64,000 bases of DNA from Candidatus Micrarchaeota archaeon (GCA_016212475.1 JACRGC010000001.1:9862-73861), one strand, 5' to 3'. Counted from the stretch's first letter, positions 27,920-39,064 are shown. The notes: generated from the sequence alone by a model not told the origin. Made by a program: numbers and translations.

Positions 27920-28939
27920 ATGAACTCTACTTCGAATCAGATTCATTTTTCCAAGGAAGAATTGGATGCAGAAACCAACAGGCTATTTGCCTCCTTATCC
28001 CATCTTGGCTGGACTAAGGAAATCTGCCAAACGTACGCTTCCCTCACGTTGGAAATCAACTTGCTCAAAAAGGAAAAAAATGCCATAATTCTTGCGCACA
28101 ACTACCAATTGCCGGAAATCATCTTTGGAGTTTCAGATTTTGTTGGCGATTCCTACCAGCTTTCAAAGCAAGCGGCGCAAACATCAGCTGAAACAATAAT
28201 TTTTTCAGGTGTTAGGTTCATGGCAGAGACTGCAAAAATGCTCTCCCCCAAAAAGAAAGTCCTAATGCCTTCTCCTGATGCTGGCTGCTCCCTTGCCGAG
28301 TCAATTTCAGCTCAAGATGTAATCAATCTAAGAAAACAGCATCCCGATGCGGCGGTTGTCACTTACATTAATACGTACGCCGAAGTCAAAGCTGAAAGCG
28401 ATGTGATTTGCACCTCAAATAACGCACTTAAAATCATAGAATCACTTCCAAATGAAAAAATAATTTTCCTTCCCGACAAATACATGGCGCAGAATCTTGC
28501 AAAACTTACAAAAAAGCAAATTATCGGCTGGGAAGGGCTTTGCGTTGTGCACGAGGAGTTTTCACCCCAAAAATTGGAAGCTTACAGAAGGTTTTACCCT
28601 GAAGCCAAAATACTAGTCCACACCGAATGCTCCCCTGCAGTTGTAGCAATTGCCGACCTTGCGGGCGGGACTGGCGAAATGCAAAAATACGTCTCAAATT
28701 CTTCCGCAAATCAATTCATGATAGTAACGGAATGCGGGCTATCCGATAAGCTAAAGGTCGAATTCCCAAAAAAGAAATTCATCCCATCCTGCGGGCTTTG
28801 CCCGCACATGAAGCGCAATGACCTTCGCAACATCCTAAAAGCGCTCAAAAACCCCTCTTCCGATCAATTTGTCGAAATTTCCGCAGATGTTGCAAGGCGG
28901 GCGCAAAAAGCGCTTGATAAGATGCTCGAATTCGCCTAA
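27920..28939 (+). CDS. nadA: Quinolinate synthase
   Basis: ILAHNYQ, GDSYQL, GVRFMAETAK, AGCSLA, CVVHE, CPHMKRN. Confidence 0.96.
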   Translation: MNSTSNQIHFSKEELDAETNRLFASLSHLGWTKEICQTYASLTLEINLLKKEKNAIILAHNYQLPEIIFGVSDFVGDSYQLSKQAAQTSAETIIFSGVRFMAETAKMLSPKKKVLMPSPDAGCSLAESISAQDVINLRKQHPDAAVVTYINTYAEVKAESDVICTSNNALKIIESLPNEKIIFLPDKYMAQNLAKLTKKQIIGWEGLCVVHEEFSPQKLEAYRRFYPEAKILVHTECSPAVVAIADLAGGTGEMQKYVSNSSANQFMIVTECGLSDKLKVEFPKKKFIPSCGLCPHMKRNDLRNILKALKNPSSDQFVEISADVARRAQKALDKMLEFA

Positions 28940-29000
28940 AATCCGAATTGATCAGCCAGAATCCAAATTGATTATTAAGCCGTCCTCCCAAATTCCTACC

Positions 29001-30554
29001 ATGAATTCAACCAATTCCGTGAAAACCGATGTTGCCTCGAAAACCGACATCCTAGTTGCAGGCAGCGGGATTGCAGGTTTGATTTTTGCATTAAAGGCAA
29101 GCGAATTTGCCAATATTGCTCTAATCACCAAAAAAAGCGCTTCCATTTCGAACACCGCCTACGCCCAGGGCGGCATTGCAATCCCACTTGATGAAAAAGA
29201 TGAACTGCATCACATAAACGACACTTTAATTGCAGGAAGGGGCCTTTGCAACAAAAAAGCCGTTGAACTGATGGTCAAAAGTGCGCGGGGGCGCATACAT
29301 GATTTGGTCAGTTTTGGAATTCCATTTGATACCGGATCTGGGCAGTTCAAGCGATCATTGGAAGCTGGGCATACGTTCCCCCGCGTGATTTACAATTCGG
29401 ATGCAACCGGTAAAGCAATTGAAAAAACACTTGTGAATCTGGTTAGGAATAATTCCAAAATCATATTGATGGAAAATTCCCTCCTGCTTGATTTGATTGT
29501 GGCAAAAAACGGATCAGGCAAAAACGGATGCGTTGGCGCAAAAATTCTAACAAATGCCAATCAAATCCAAACCATCAATTCAAAATTCACCGTATTGGCA
29601 ACCGGCGGGCTTGGGAATATTTTCGAACACACCACAAACCCCCCTGTTGCAACAGGCGATGGCTTTGCAATTGCCAGCAGAATTGGGGCAAAAATGGGGA
29701 ACATGGAATTCGTGCAGTTCCACCCAACCAAATTGGATGTCAAATCAAATGCGCCTTTCCTAATTTCCGAAGCACTTAGAGGAGAAGGCGCGGTTTTGTT
29801 AAACTCCAAAAATGAAAAATTCATGAAAAAATACGATCAGCTAGGCGATCTTGCGCCAAGGGATGTTGTTGCGCATGCAATTTACCAAGAATCCCTGCAT
29901 GGAAAAGTTTACCTTGACATTACAAGCAAACCATTAGCTTTCCTAAAAAACCGCTTCCCAAACATTTATTCAAAATGCCTAGAATTTGGATTTGACCTCT
30001 CTAAGGATAAAATTCCAATTGTGCCAGCTGCGCATTACATGTGCGGAGGGGTCAAAACCGATCTTGATGCAAGAACCACGGTTGCAAACCTTTACGCAAT
30101 CGGCGAAGTTGCATGCACAGGCGTCCAAGGAGCCAACCGGCTAGCTTCCAATTCCCTCCTTGAAGGGATAGTGTTTTCCCACCAAGCCTGCATCGACATC
30201 AAAAAAAGGTTTTCAGGAAACAAGACTCAAAAATCAGAAATTTTCCCAACCGTTCCAAATCCGCCAATCCTTCCAAATCCCAAAACCATTCGAACCACTT
30301 CCAAAATTGTTGATTCACTGCGCATTCAAATCCAAAAAATCATGTGGGAAAAAGTTGGGGTTGTTAGGAAAACTTCCCAGTTGATAATTGCAATCAATGA
30401 TCTTGAAAAAATTGAAAAATCCCTCAAGGTAATTTCAAAAAAAGGGATGAATTATCCCCTTGCAGAAACCCTCAACATGGCGCAAACATCCCTTCTAGTT
30501 GCCAACGCTGCCCTTAGGCGAAAAAAGAGCCTTGGCTGCCATTATATTGAATAA
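29001..30554 (+). CDS. nadB: L-aspartate oxidase
   Basis: GSGIAGL, AQGGIA, MEFVQFHPT, LISEALRGEG, PAAHYMCGG, GANRLASNSLLEG; follows nadA. Confidence 0.94.
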   Translation: MNSTNSVKTDVASKTDILVAGSGIAGLIFALKASEFANIALITKKSASISNTAYAQGGIAIPLDEKDELHHINDTLIAGRGLCNKKAVELMVKSARGRIHDLVSFGIPFDTGSGQFKRSLEAGHTFPRVIYNSDATGKAIEKTLVNLVRNNSKIILMENSLLLDLIVAKNGSGKNGCVGAKILTNANQIQTINSKFTVLATGGLGNIFEHTTNPPVATGDGFAIASRIGAKMGNMEFVQFHPTKLDVKSNAPFLISEALRGEGAVLLNSKNEKFMKKYDQLGDLAPRDVVAHAIYQESLHGKVYLDITSKPLAFLKNRFPNIYSKCLEFGFDLSKDKIPIVPAAHYMCGGVKTDLDARTTVANLYAIGEVACTGVQGANRLASNSLLEGIVFSHQACIDIKKRFSGNKTQKSEIFPTVPNPPILPNPKTIRTTSKIVDSLRIQIQKIMWEKVGVVRKTSQLIIAINDLEKIEKSLKVISKKGMNYPLAETLNMAQTSLLVANAALRRKKSLGCHYIE

Positions 30555-30598
30555 ATTAGTTGATTTAGATTTTTGATTAGAAACGAATTTTCAGGATC

Positions 30599-33500
30599 TT
30601 ATCTTATTCTCCTAATCCTAACTGCAAACACTCCTACCACTATAGCCCCAAGCATCAGTGCGAATGCCAAATAGTTGTTTTCTGGAAAAGATGGAATTGA
30701 AATTGGCGAACTGTATGGGTCGTAACTGCTTCCTTTCCTTGGGTATGTAAGCAAGTTATCCGCAGGCAATCCCCGTGTTCCATCCGGCGTATTGTATAAG
30801 CTAAGCCCCCTTTTTGCAAATTCATCATTCCATGGGATATCCTGCCCATTAAGGGCGTACCATAGGCCAGTTCTTGGATCAAATGCAATCATGCCTCCAG
30901 GGCCCTTTGCAGCAAGAAGCGTTGCAAGCAGTTCCTTGAATCCATCGGGGCCTTGCGCGGATAATTTAGGCACCCCGTTTTGCATATCGAGGGTGAATTT
31001 GAAATCTCCCTTGTCGGTTGGGATGATGATATCGTTGCCCTCCTTTCTAAGCGGCCCGGTAATTTGGAACTCTTTCTTTTCGCCGGTTGTCTTATCGTAA
31101 ACCGTTAATGTTTGCTTGCCATTTTCATCCGTTCCAATTGTGTACCTATATTTATCCGTTTCAAATACCTGCATTCCTCCCACTTTCCCATTTGCATCCG
31201 TTTGGATTTTCTTTAGGGCATCGTTTAATTCCTTTGCAGCTGCTTCCCCTCCAATTTTGGGTTGAGCATTATCAAGAGCAATTGCCGGCACATCCTTCCC
31301 ATTCTGGTCCGTATTCTTGGTAACTTTTGTCCCAAATCCTGAAATCGAATCAAGCGGCTTGACTTTTGATAGCACGTATAGCGCAACAACCAATCTTCCT
31401 CCGGCTTCATCCAGCTCGATTTTCCCATTTTCCGTAATGATTGTCAATAGCTTTCCAGCATCAATTTCATCCCTGCTGTTTGCATCTTTGATGTATCCTT
31501 TGATTGTCACATCCCCATTGCCCTTTATTGAAACAAAATTTCCAAGCAGGCTCTCCAGCTTCTTTTCCTCAAGGGCTGCCAAACTTGGCGCCTGTATTTC
31601 CCCGCTTTCATCCTCATCATCAGTAATGCTTTGCAAGAATCTGATTTTCCCATCGTTTGCAGTGATCCTTCCCTTGTCCGTGTAAATTGCGCGCACTTCC
31701 CCAAATCCGGAAGCCGTAAGATCCGAAGTAATATCTGGCTTAAGTGATTTTAGTTGCGTTCTTAGGCATTTGATTGTATCGCACGAATCATCCAAAATGA
31801 GAAGGTTTCCTCCGGTTCTTCCATTTGTCAGGCTTGGTTCAATTCTTAGCATTTCCCTATCATAGCACGCATTATCCAGCCCGGCGGTTATGATCTTATT
31901 TGGAATTAGCGTGCGCGCAAGATCTTGCATCAATAGGCTCATCAAGCCGCGGTCTTTATTTTGCGAAAGCTTGATTGCCTTTCCGGTTTTCTTATCCGTA
32001 TATGTGACTCCGGTTTCATCAACGCAAACAAACCCATCCTTCGAATCATGGCATTCCCTAAAGCATCCGTTGGCCTTTAGTTTATTGTAAACCCCAAACC
32101 ATTGCGAAGTTGCACCGTCCAAATGGATGTAATAAATTTCATACGGATTGAGTTGCCCATATGGATCGTCCATGTAAGCTCGCAAATTAAGCAGTTCCGT
32201 AAGCGATTTCTCCTCGACCTTTTGCCCAATCCCTCCAAGCGCGGATGTAAGGTTTAATTTCCCCCCCAAATCAATTTTCCCAAGCTGGTTGAACTTCTGA
32301 TCCAGATTTTGCCCGGCAACCGAATTGGAAAGCTTTTGGTAGCCCAATATTTTGTAACTCGTATCCTTGCAAAGCGAAACATAACGAAAGCCATTGCTTG
32401 CAACAACCTGCTTTCCTAGCTGGATTGGATCCAATAAGACAACTGCTTTGTAAAGGTTTGAAACAGCGTTTTCCATTGTTGAATATTTAAGTTCGGGGCC
32501 TTTAGGCAATTTCAATTCGGATAATTTTTTTGACTCTGTGACAATTTCCGACGCTATTTCATCATAATTATCCCCCGCCACCTTTACTTGGTTTTCAAGT
32601 TGTTTTAAAAGAGTCGGATTATTGATTCCTTCAGCCTCTCTTAGGGATTTAATTGCATATAATCTTTCAGTTAGTGCTGTTGTAGACTTGGTTCGAAGCT
32701 CCCCAATTTCGGTATTTAACTTGATAATCTGATCCTTGTTTGCCGTACTGAAGAAATTTTCAAATTTCGTTCCCTTCGCGTTTTTGCTGGCAAAATTATT
32801 TACAAATTTTGCCTTGAAAGTCCCTCCCAAAACCTCAAGCAAACTTTTTGATGGGAATAAGACGGTGCTACTGGAATCAATAATTGAAACTGCTGTAAAT
32901 ATCCTATAATAATTAAGAAAACTATCTACCTCCTTCTCATCGCAAAGTTCATCCTTGCTAAACCTGACCGGATCAACAAAACGGGTAACAACAAAATCAA
33001 ATGTTCCGGATCTAATCAATGCTGAAACAGGTCCGGTTAGATATTGCATGTCGGCCCTCCTGTAAATTACGAAGTTTACTAGTGGAGCTAAAACGGCAAT
33101 CCCTTGGTAATATTTTGCAAATTCCTCGCTATTCTTAATTGTTGTTCCAAGTTCCAAATTATTGCTATTCAATGCAAAGCTCGTGTATTCGCTGTTTTTC
33201 CTAATATCCTCAAATAGCGAATTTTCAGATCTTCCCTTCCAATCCATTTTTATTTGCCATCCGCTTCCATCTGTTTCAAAGCTAGTTGAACTTTCAGAAA
33301 TTTGCGCATCCGGTGTTGTATCTCTTGTCAGGAACATCACATTGCCGGTTTCAAAAGCCTTTGTTGGCGCTCCAGCTTCCATCAGATCGGACGCCCAATC
33401 CGTGATTTTCCCGGTTCCAAAGAAATCCGTTGCCCTCCTAAAATCAGTCAAGAAATTATTGTTGTTTACATAAATTTGCATGTAATTATCCTTCAATTTC

Positions 33501-34828
33501 TTATCCGATGTTACAAGGGACGAGAACAGAATTTGATTTGAGGCCGAAAGCGCAATTCTTGCAGCTCCCATCCAACCCGCCCCATACAATGCAATTGCAA
33601 CCGGCTTCCATTTATGCACGGATGTTTCAAAATCAATTTGCCTCATGAGTTTTTCATTTTCTTCAATTCGGGAATCAAGCAAAAGCTGCCGTGCCCTAAT
33701 TTCTTCCAACCTTGGGCTATCTCCAATACCTCCCGAAGCTCCCTTCAACCTCTCAAACGAATCCTTGCTATCTTGAATTTCACGCTTAATTCCATTTACT
33801 CCCTCCCTTGCAAACAATATTGAAGCAGCTCCGGCAAGTGATGCCCATTCCTCATAAGTTGACCATTGCCCAACTGTTGTAACATATCTTTCATACATTT
33901 TAGGAACCAGCATGGATCCGGCATAATTGTTAAGGGCAGCCGTAGTTTGCTTAGCTGTCAAATGCTGCTGCGCCTTTACAGTAGTTTTGCTCTGGTCAAA
34001 CCCGACGAACAAATCCTTGTTAAGAAGCGCATTGAATGTGACTTTTCCTTGGATGAAGCTTCGATCAAGCAGGCAAGAGTTTTCCTTTTCCTGCGGCTGG
34101 ACTTTCATCAAATCCGAAAGTGCAACACTTTTCCCTTCCGGAAGCACGACTTTGAAGTTTTCATATGGCGCTTTTGGAATTTCGCCTGCTGATGAAATCC
34201 CAAGCAGTTTTGAAAGCTTATCCGCACCTCCTGGCAATCTTGTTGAAACCGCTTTTACCTGCTCAAGTGTCATCAATCCCGAATCCTTGTCAATATTGTA
34301 TTCCTTTGCTAGATCTTCGCGCTGTTTTTCATCATATTCAAGCAAACCGGCAATATCCTTGATTGGATACCTTGGCTGGTCGGCCAAATTGATGTTGATA
34401 TTGATATTTTGGGCATTCTTATCCAACGGATCGTTTTTCCTAAGCGCTGCGTTGTTCAAAGTTGAAATCTGCTCTGCTTGGAAATTAGAAAGCCCTTGCT
34501 GATACCTTGCTACTTCAGCTGCGTCCATTACGGCAAGCGAGCAAGTGCCTTCGTATGTGACTTCAGGCTTAACTGTAGCAGCAGCTTCCGCTTCGGCAAA
34601 AAGCAGTTTTTGGGCAAGTGGCTTTTTGGCAACAAGAAGTTTTTGCGCAGGAGGGTTTTTTGGATCAAATGGCTTTGCATCCAAGTTTTGCTGGCTTTTC
34701 CCATCCAAAACGCCCGAATCATCATACAAATTATAATAGCTTGAAGCAAATGCAAGCGGCGAAAATAGCTCAATTAGGAAGAAGGCAAATATTGCAATTG
34801 AAAATAGCTGGGAATTTCCTTTGCTCAT
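30599..34828 (-). CDS. Large (~1410 aa) secreted protein with C-terminal membrane anchor
   Basis: Signal peptide; C-terminal PSFPE-TM-RIRRIR. Confidence 0.8.
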   Translation of the reverse strand: MSKGNSQLFSIAIFAFFLIELFSPLAFASSYYNLYDDSGVLDGKSQQNLDAKPFDPKNPPAQKLLVAKKPLAQKLLFAEAEAAATVKPEVTYEGTCSLAVMDAAEVARYQQGLSNFQAEQISTLNNAALRKNDPLDKNAQNINININLADQPRYPIKDIAGLLEYDEKQREDLAKEYNIDKDSGLMTLEQVKAVSTRLPGGADKLSKLLGISSAGEIPKAPYENFKVVLPEGKSVALSDLMKVQPQEKENSCLLDRSFIQGKVTFNALLNKDLFVGFDQSKTTVKAQQHLTAKQTTAALNNYAGSMLVPKMYERYVTTVGQWSTYEEWASLAGAASILFAREGVNGIKREIQDSKDSFERLKGASGGIGDSPRLEEIRARQLLLDSRIEENEKLMRQIDFETSVHKWKPVAIALYGAGWMGAARIALSASNQILFSSLVTSDKKLKDNYMQIYVNNNNFLTDFRRATDFFGTGKITDWASDLMEAGAPTKAFETGNVMFLTRDTTPDAQISESSTSFETDGSGWQIKMDWKGRSENSLFEDIRKNSEYTSFALNSNNLELGTTIKNSEEFAKYYQGIAVLAPLVNFVIYRRADMQYLTGPVSALIRSGTFDFVVTRFVDPVRFSKDELCDEKEVDSFLNYYRIFTAVSIIDSSSTVLFPSKSLLEVLGGTFKAKFVNNFASKNAKGTKFENFFSTANKDQIIKLNTEIGELRTKSTTALTERLYAIKSLREAEGINNPTLLKQLENQVKVAGDNYDEIASEIVTESKKLSELKLPKGPELKYSTMENAVSNLYKAVVLLDPIQLGKQVVASNGFRYVSLCKDTSYKILGYQKLSNSVAGQNLDQKFNQLGKIDLGGKLNLTSALGGIGQKVEEKSLTELLNLRAYMDDPYGQLNPYEIYYIHLDGATSQWFGVYNKLKANGCFRECHDSKDGFVCVDETGVTYTDKKTGKAIKLSQNKDRGLMSLLMQDLARTLIPNKIITAGLDNACYDREMLRIEPSLTNGRTGGNLLILDDSCDTIKCLRTQLKSLKPDITSDLTASGFGEVRAIYTDKGRITANDGKIRFLQSITDDEDESGEIQAPSLAALEEKKLESLLGNFVSIKGNGDVTIKGYIKDANSRDEIDAGKLLTIITENGKIELDEAGGRLVVALYVLSKVKPLDSISGFGTKVTKNTDQNGKDVPAIALDNAQPKIGGEAAAKELNDALKKIQTDANGKVGGMQVFETDKYRYTIGTDENGKQTLTVYDKTTGEKKEFQITGPLRKEGNDIIIPTDKGDFKFTLDMQNGVPKLSAQGPDGFKELLATLLAAKGPGGMIAFDPRTGLWYALNGQDIPWNDEFAKRGLSLYNTPDGTRGLPADNLLTYPRKGSSYDPYSSPISIPSFPENNYLAFALMLGAIVVGVFAVRIRRIR

Positions 34829-35038
34829 ATGGGAAAATATTGTTTCCGCTAACTTAAAAACGTTATTCAGCGGCATTTGCATGGAAAAGGACTTTTTAGG
34901 CGGGTTTTTTTGGTTTTTTTCGAATTTGTCTGCCGTTTATTTGGCTCTTCCCAATCTAGAAAACCATTTATAATTCTTCCCTCCCTTACCTATATCCCTG
35001 ATTGTTTAATTTTTCTAAATATATGGGTGAGTGGGATT

Positions 35039-36121
35039 ATGGAAAACATAGTATCTGATGCATTAAGGCACTCTTCTAAGAAAATAGAAGGCGAAGAATA
35101 TTTTGAAACCCCAAGGATCATGGTTATTGGATCCGGAGGCGGAGGATGCAATTCAGTTAACAGATTGGCCAGGCAAGGAATCAAGGGCGCTGAAATGGTT
35201 GCTATCAATACCGACAGGATGCATTTAACTATGATCAACGAATCCGTTAAGAAGATTCTAATCGGAGCTTCAATTACAAGGGGCCTTGGAGCTGGAGGAT
35301 ACCCAGAAGTTGGGGCCAAATGCGCGGATGTTTCACGTGACGCACTTGAAAAACTCCTCTCTGGAGCAGATCTAATTTTCTTAACTGCTGGAATGGGCGG
35401 AGGGACCGGAACCGGTTCAGCGCCAATCATTGCAGAAATTGCCAAAAAGCAAGGGGCAATTGTAATTGCAATCGTAACCTACCCATTTGCACTTGAACGG
35501 GCAAGGCTTGAAAAGGCGGATTCTGGAATTGAAGCACTCAAAGCGCAGGCGGATACAATTATCGTAATTGATAACAACCGACTAGTGCAAATCGTGCCAA
35601 ACCTTCCAATTGATCAGGCATTCAACGTTGCTGATGAAATCATTGCAAGAGCAGTTCGCGGAATTACAGAAACCATCACAACTCCTTCTTTAATCAATTT
35701 GGATTTTGCTGATGTTCGCGCTATCATGAGCAACGGAGGAGTTTCCATGATCGCAGTTGGAGAAGCAAAAGGAACCGGAAGGGCGGAGGAAGTTGTTGGC
35801 AACACACTTAATCATGCGCTTTTGGATGTGGATTTCACCGGTGCAACCGGAGTTCTATTGCATATAACCGGAGGGCCGGATATGACCCTTGGGGAGTGCA
35901 ACATGGTTGGAACTGCTTTGACTGAAAAGGTCGATGCAAATGCAACTGTCATCTGGGGGGCAAGATTAGACCCGGCATTTGAAGGTAAAATTGAAGCAAT
36001 TGCAATTTTCACCGGAATCCAATCGCCCTACCTTCTTGGAAAATCCCAAAACCAAAACCAGAAATCCTCCGGAAGGATGGGATCGGGTTCAAGAAGTGTT
36101 GACGAGATAGAGTTCATTTAA
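35039..36121 (+). CDS. ftsZ: Cell division protein FtsZ
   Basis: GSGGGGCN, AINTD, GLGAGG, GMGGGTGTG, LINLDFADV. Confidence 0.98.
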   Translation: MENIVSDALRHSSKKIEGEEYFETPRIMVIGSGGGGCNSVNRLARQGIKGAEMVAINTDRMHLTMINESVKKILIGASITRGLGAGGYPEVGAKCADVSRDALEKLLSGADLIFLTAGMGGGTGTGSAPIIAEIAKKQGAIVIAIVTYPFALERARLEKADSGIEALKAQADTIIVIDNNRLVQIVPNLPIDQAFNVADEIIARAVRGITETITTPSLINLDFADVRAIMSNGGVSMIAVGEAKGTGRAEEVVGNTLNHALLDVDFTGATGVLLHITGGPDMTLGECNMVGTALTEKVDANATVIWGARLDPAFEGKIEAIAIFTGIQSPYLLGKSQNQNQKSSGRMGSGSRSVDEIEFI

Positions 36122-36279
36122 GGGCTCTTTTCTTTTTCTTTTATTTTTTTAGCATTAGCGTAGCCTCCTTTCAAATTGCCTTATTCTTAAATCGCGTCTC
36201 CTTTCCTGGCTAATTTTCAAAACAAACCTATAAATAGTGGTTTAATGCATAGATAATGCATAAACAGATGGTGATTAGC

Positions 36280-36528
36280 ATGCGAACTACGCTGGAATTC
36301 AGGGGGTTGCCGGAGATTATTTTGGAAAAAGCTGTCGATCTGGGCCTTGCAAGGTCTAAAACGGATGCACTACGAATGGGAATTTTCTCATTAAACAAAG
36401 AATACAGCCTGATCAAGGATGTTGAAATGGAAATGGCAAGTCGGAAATTGCAACAGGAAGAAAAGCACATGAAGCGTACTCCAGAAAAGTATTTAAGCGA
36501 AAAAAAAGCGCTATCTAAGTATAGATAG
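36280..36528 (+). CDS. Putative antitoxin (RHH-like)
   Basis: GLARSKTDALRMGI; GGTGAT RBS; directly upstream of a RelE-like gene. Confidence 0.7.
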   Translation: MRTTLEFRGLPEIILEKAVDLGLARSKTDALRMGIFSLNKEYSLIKDVEMEMASRKLQQEEKHMKRTPEKYLSEKKALSKYR

Positions 36529-36531
36529 CAT

Positions 36532-36807
36532 ATGGAACTAAAAAATTGGCGGTTAGAATTCCGCATTGGCTGGGATTTGCATTTCAAGGAATTTGATAAA
36601 TCCGTAAGAGATGGGATTATCAAGAAATTTGACCAGATGAAATCGCCAATAGTTGGGAGGGGTTTGCATTCCTCGAGGTATTTGGTTGAAGAGGTTGGGG
36701 GATACCGGATAGCTTACATCGCAGATGAACTGACCAACACCAAAAAAATACATTTTGTTGGGAATCATAAGCAATATGAGCAATGGTATTCAAGCCTTGG
36801 GCAATGA
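36532..36807 (+). CDS. RelE/ParE-like toxin
   Basis: FKEFDKSVRDGIIKK, VGGYRIAY, FVGNH. Confidence 0.75.
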   Translation: MELKNWRLEFRIGWDLHFKEFDKSVRDGIIKKFDQMKSPIVGRGLHSSRYLVEEVGGYRIAYIADELTNTKKIHFVGNHKQYEQWYSSLGQ

Positions 36808-37455
36808 AGTTAACATTATTTTTGCAAATTCCAAAAGCGTTTTTACCCTTTTTCCTTCTTCTATTTTATGTTCAATCCCTTTTCCCCGATCCAGAAAATA
36901 AGCATCAATTCCTAGTGTTTTTGGAGCTAGATAATCCGGTTCAAAACTATCCCCAATATGCGTCAAATCTTTTGGTGATATTTTAAGTACCTTGCAAATC
37001 CGGATATACCCTTCCGGATCTGATTTGACCATCCCAAAATCTGTTGTGATTGAATATATCCGATCAAAATATTTCTTAAGCCCTTCAACTTCGATTTTGA
37101 ATTTGATGAATTCCCGCGTTGCATTTGAAATTACAATCAATCTGTACTTTTTTTTTAGCAATTTTAAGGCTGGCAACGTATCCGGATACAATTTGATCAA
37201 ATGCTTGCTATTCCCCAAAAGCTTGTCGTATTCTTCTCCAAGCCCAAATTCCAAAAACCAGTGCTTGATGTCAAACCACTTAAGATTTCCATCGCCCAAT
37301 AATTTGTAGGCGGTATAAACAGCTGATTTTGCCTCTTCCAAGCCTAATTTGTGCCTTTTTGCGTAAAGCTTTGGAATCTCCTGCATCCAAATAGTCTGCT
37401 CAAAATTAAGGTCTGCAAGCGTACCATCCAAATCAAAGGAGATTGTTTTTTTCAT
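36790..37455 (-). CDS. HAD-superfamily hydrolase
   Basis: SFDLDGTL, VISNA, HIGDSFEPD. Confidence 0.9.
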   Translation of the reverse strand: MKKTISFDLDGTLADLNFEQTIWMQEIPKLYAKRHKLGLEEAKSAVYTAYKLLGDGNLKWFDIKHWFLEFGLGEEYDKLLGNSKHLIKLYPDTLPALKLLKKKYRLIVISNATREFIKFKIEVEGLKKYFDRIYSITTDFGMVKSDPEGYIRICKVLKISPKDLTHIGDSFEPDYLAPKTLGIDAYFLDRGKGIEHKIEEGKRVKTLLEFAKIMLTSLPKA

Positions 37456-37496
37456 AGCAAAGTTTTCACTAGCCAAAATAATAAACCTATAAGAAA

Positions 37497-37991
37497 TCAG
37501 AACTTGAATTCCTTTTCAGCGTAAACCTTCTCGCAGAAGTTGCATTGGAGCTTGAGCGGATTCCTCTCCTTGATATGAAGCTTTGGATTCCCTTCCTTGT
37601 TTGATATGCAATTAGGGTTTGGGCAATGGATTACCCCTTCCAAAACCTCCGGAAGCTTGACTTTGTACTTTTCAATTACCGTGTAATCGCGAATCACATT
37701 GATTGTTGCATATGGGGCGACAAGTGCAACTTTTTCCAAATCGCTTTTTGTCAAACTCCTCCCTTCAATTTTAATCACATCTTTTAGACCGGTTGAAGCG
37801 GAAGGGACGTTGATCAGAACAGAAACCGTCCCCTTGAAATCCTCATCAATCCCAAGGACAGTTAAGAGTTTGACTGCGGACCCCTGCGGAACATGGTCAA
37901 TTACAATCCCATTCTCGATTTTCTTGACTTTAAGCATGTCCTTGTCTTTTGCTTTCATATCATTGCGCCTTTTTTTATTTTTATTTGCCAA
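37497..37991 (-). CDS. pyrI: Aspartate carbamoyltransferase regulatory subunit
   Basis: IENGIVIDH, KDVIKIE, CPNPNCIS, CNFCE. Confidence 0.95.
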   Translation of the reverse strand: MANKNKKRRNDMKAKDKDMLKVKKIENGIVIDHVPQGSAVKLLTVLGIDEDFKGTVSVLINVPSASTGLKDVIKIEGRSLTKSDLEKVALVAPYATINVIRDYTVIEKYKVKLPEVLEGVIHCPNPNCISNKEGNPKLHIKERNPLKLQCNFCEKVYAEKEFKF

Positions 37992-38035
37992 CGTTTTTCA
38001 AAATCTATTTTTCATGAATTTACGCATTCCCAATT

Positions 38036-38944
38036 TCATTTCAAAATCGAGGAAATTATTGCCATCCTAACCGGAACTCCATTGCGCTCCTGCTCAAAGT
38101 ATTTTGCACGGGAATCCAAATCCGCTTCAACCGCTATTTCATCAACCCTTGGAAGCGGATGCATAAGCATCGCATCTTTTTTCATTTTTTCCATTACTTC
38201 ATTATCGATCCTGTAAACCGCTCTTTTGTACTCTTCGGGATCCTCGATGCGCTCCTTTTGAATTCTAGTCGCATAAACAACATCCGCTTTGGAAACATCA
38301 AGGGAGGAAAGCTCTTCAACCTTGCAATCATTCCTAAGGTCATTTAGCATGAACCCTGGCATTTTCAATTGCGGCGGTGAATAATATTGCAATTTCACAT
38401 CATCGAATTTTGAGAGCGCGTATGAGAGCGAATGCACAGTCCTTCCATACTTCAAATCCCCAATCATAAGAACTGTCAGTCCATCGATTTTTTTCTTCTC
38501 CTTCTTAATTGTATAAAGATCAAGCATTGCCTGCGAAGGGTGCTGATTGCTTCCATCCCCTGCGTTAATCACGGGAACATTAGTCACTTCCGCAGCTAAT
38601 TTTGCTGCGCCTTCGCTAGGATGCCGAATCACAAAAAGATCAACCTGCGCTTCTAGTGCTTTAATTGTATCATGAAGGGTTTCTCCTTTGCTGTGCGAAG
38701 ATGTTTTCGGATCTGAAAATCCAATTACTTCCCCTCCAAGCCGTTTCATTGCCGAACCAAATGATTGCTGGGTCCTGGTTGATGGCTCATAAAACAAGGA
38801 TGCCATGAACTTTCCTTCCATTTCAGATAGGACTTCCTTTTTAGTGAAGCTGCTATCCATTTTCTCCGAAAGTGCCAGTATCGATTCTATTTCCTTGCGA
38901 TCCATTCCAACTGCTGAAATAAAGTCGCTTCCTTTCAAACTCAT
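38036..38944 (-). CDS. pyrB: Aspartate carbamoyltransferase catalytic subunit
   Basis: FYEPSTRT, NAGDGSNQHPSQ, GDLKYGRTVHSL, MHPLPRVDEI. Confidence 0.97.
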   Translation of the reverse strand: MSLKGSDFISAVGMDRKEIESILALSEKMDSSFTKKEVLSEMEGKFMASLFYEPSTRTQQSFGSAMKRLGGEVIGFSDPKTSSHSKGETLHDTIKALEAQVDLFVIRHPSEGAAKLAAEVTNVPVINAGDGSNQHPSQAMLDLYTIKKEKKKIDGLTVLMIGDLKYGRTVHSLSYALSKFDDVKLQYYSPPQLKMPGFMLNDLRNDCKVEELSSLDVSKADVVYATRIQKERIEDPEEYKRAVYRIDNEVMEKMKKDAMLMHPLPRVDEIAVEADLDSRAKYFEQERNGVPVRMAIISSILK

Positions 38945-39064
38945 GCTAATCACTAATCATCTATGGTTTAAAATCAATCCTAAGCATCAGAAGTAATTAT
39001 TGACCTTACATGATTTTAAATGTGACCTTCGGAAATTATTTCCTAAAAATACGGTGATTCATAC

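Noticed and set aside
34877-35038. N-terminal extension of FtsZ
   Set aside because: Promoter/UTR sequence; GGTGA RBS precedes ATG 35039
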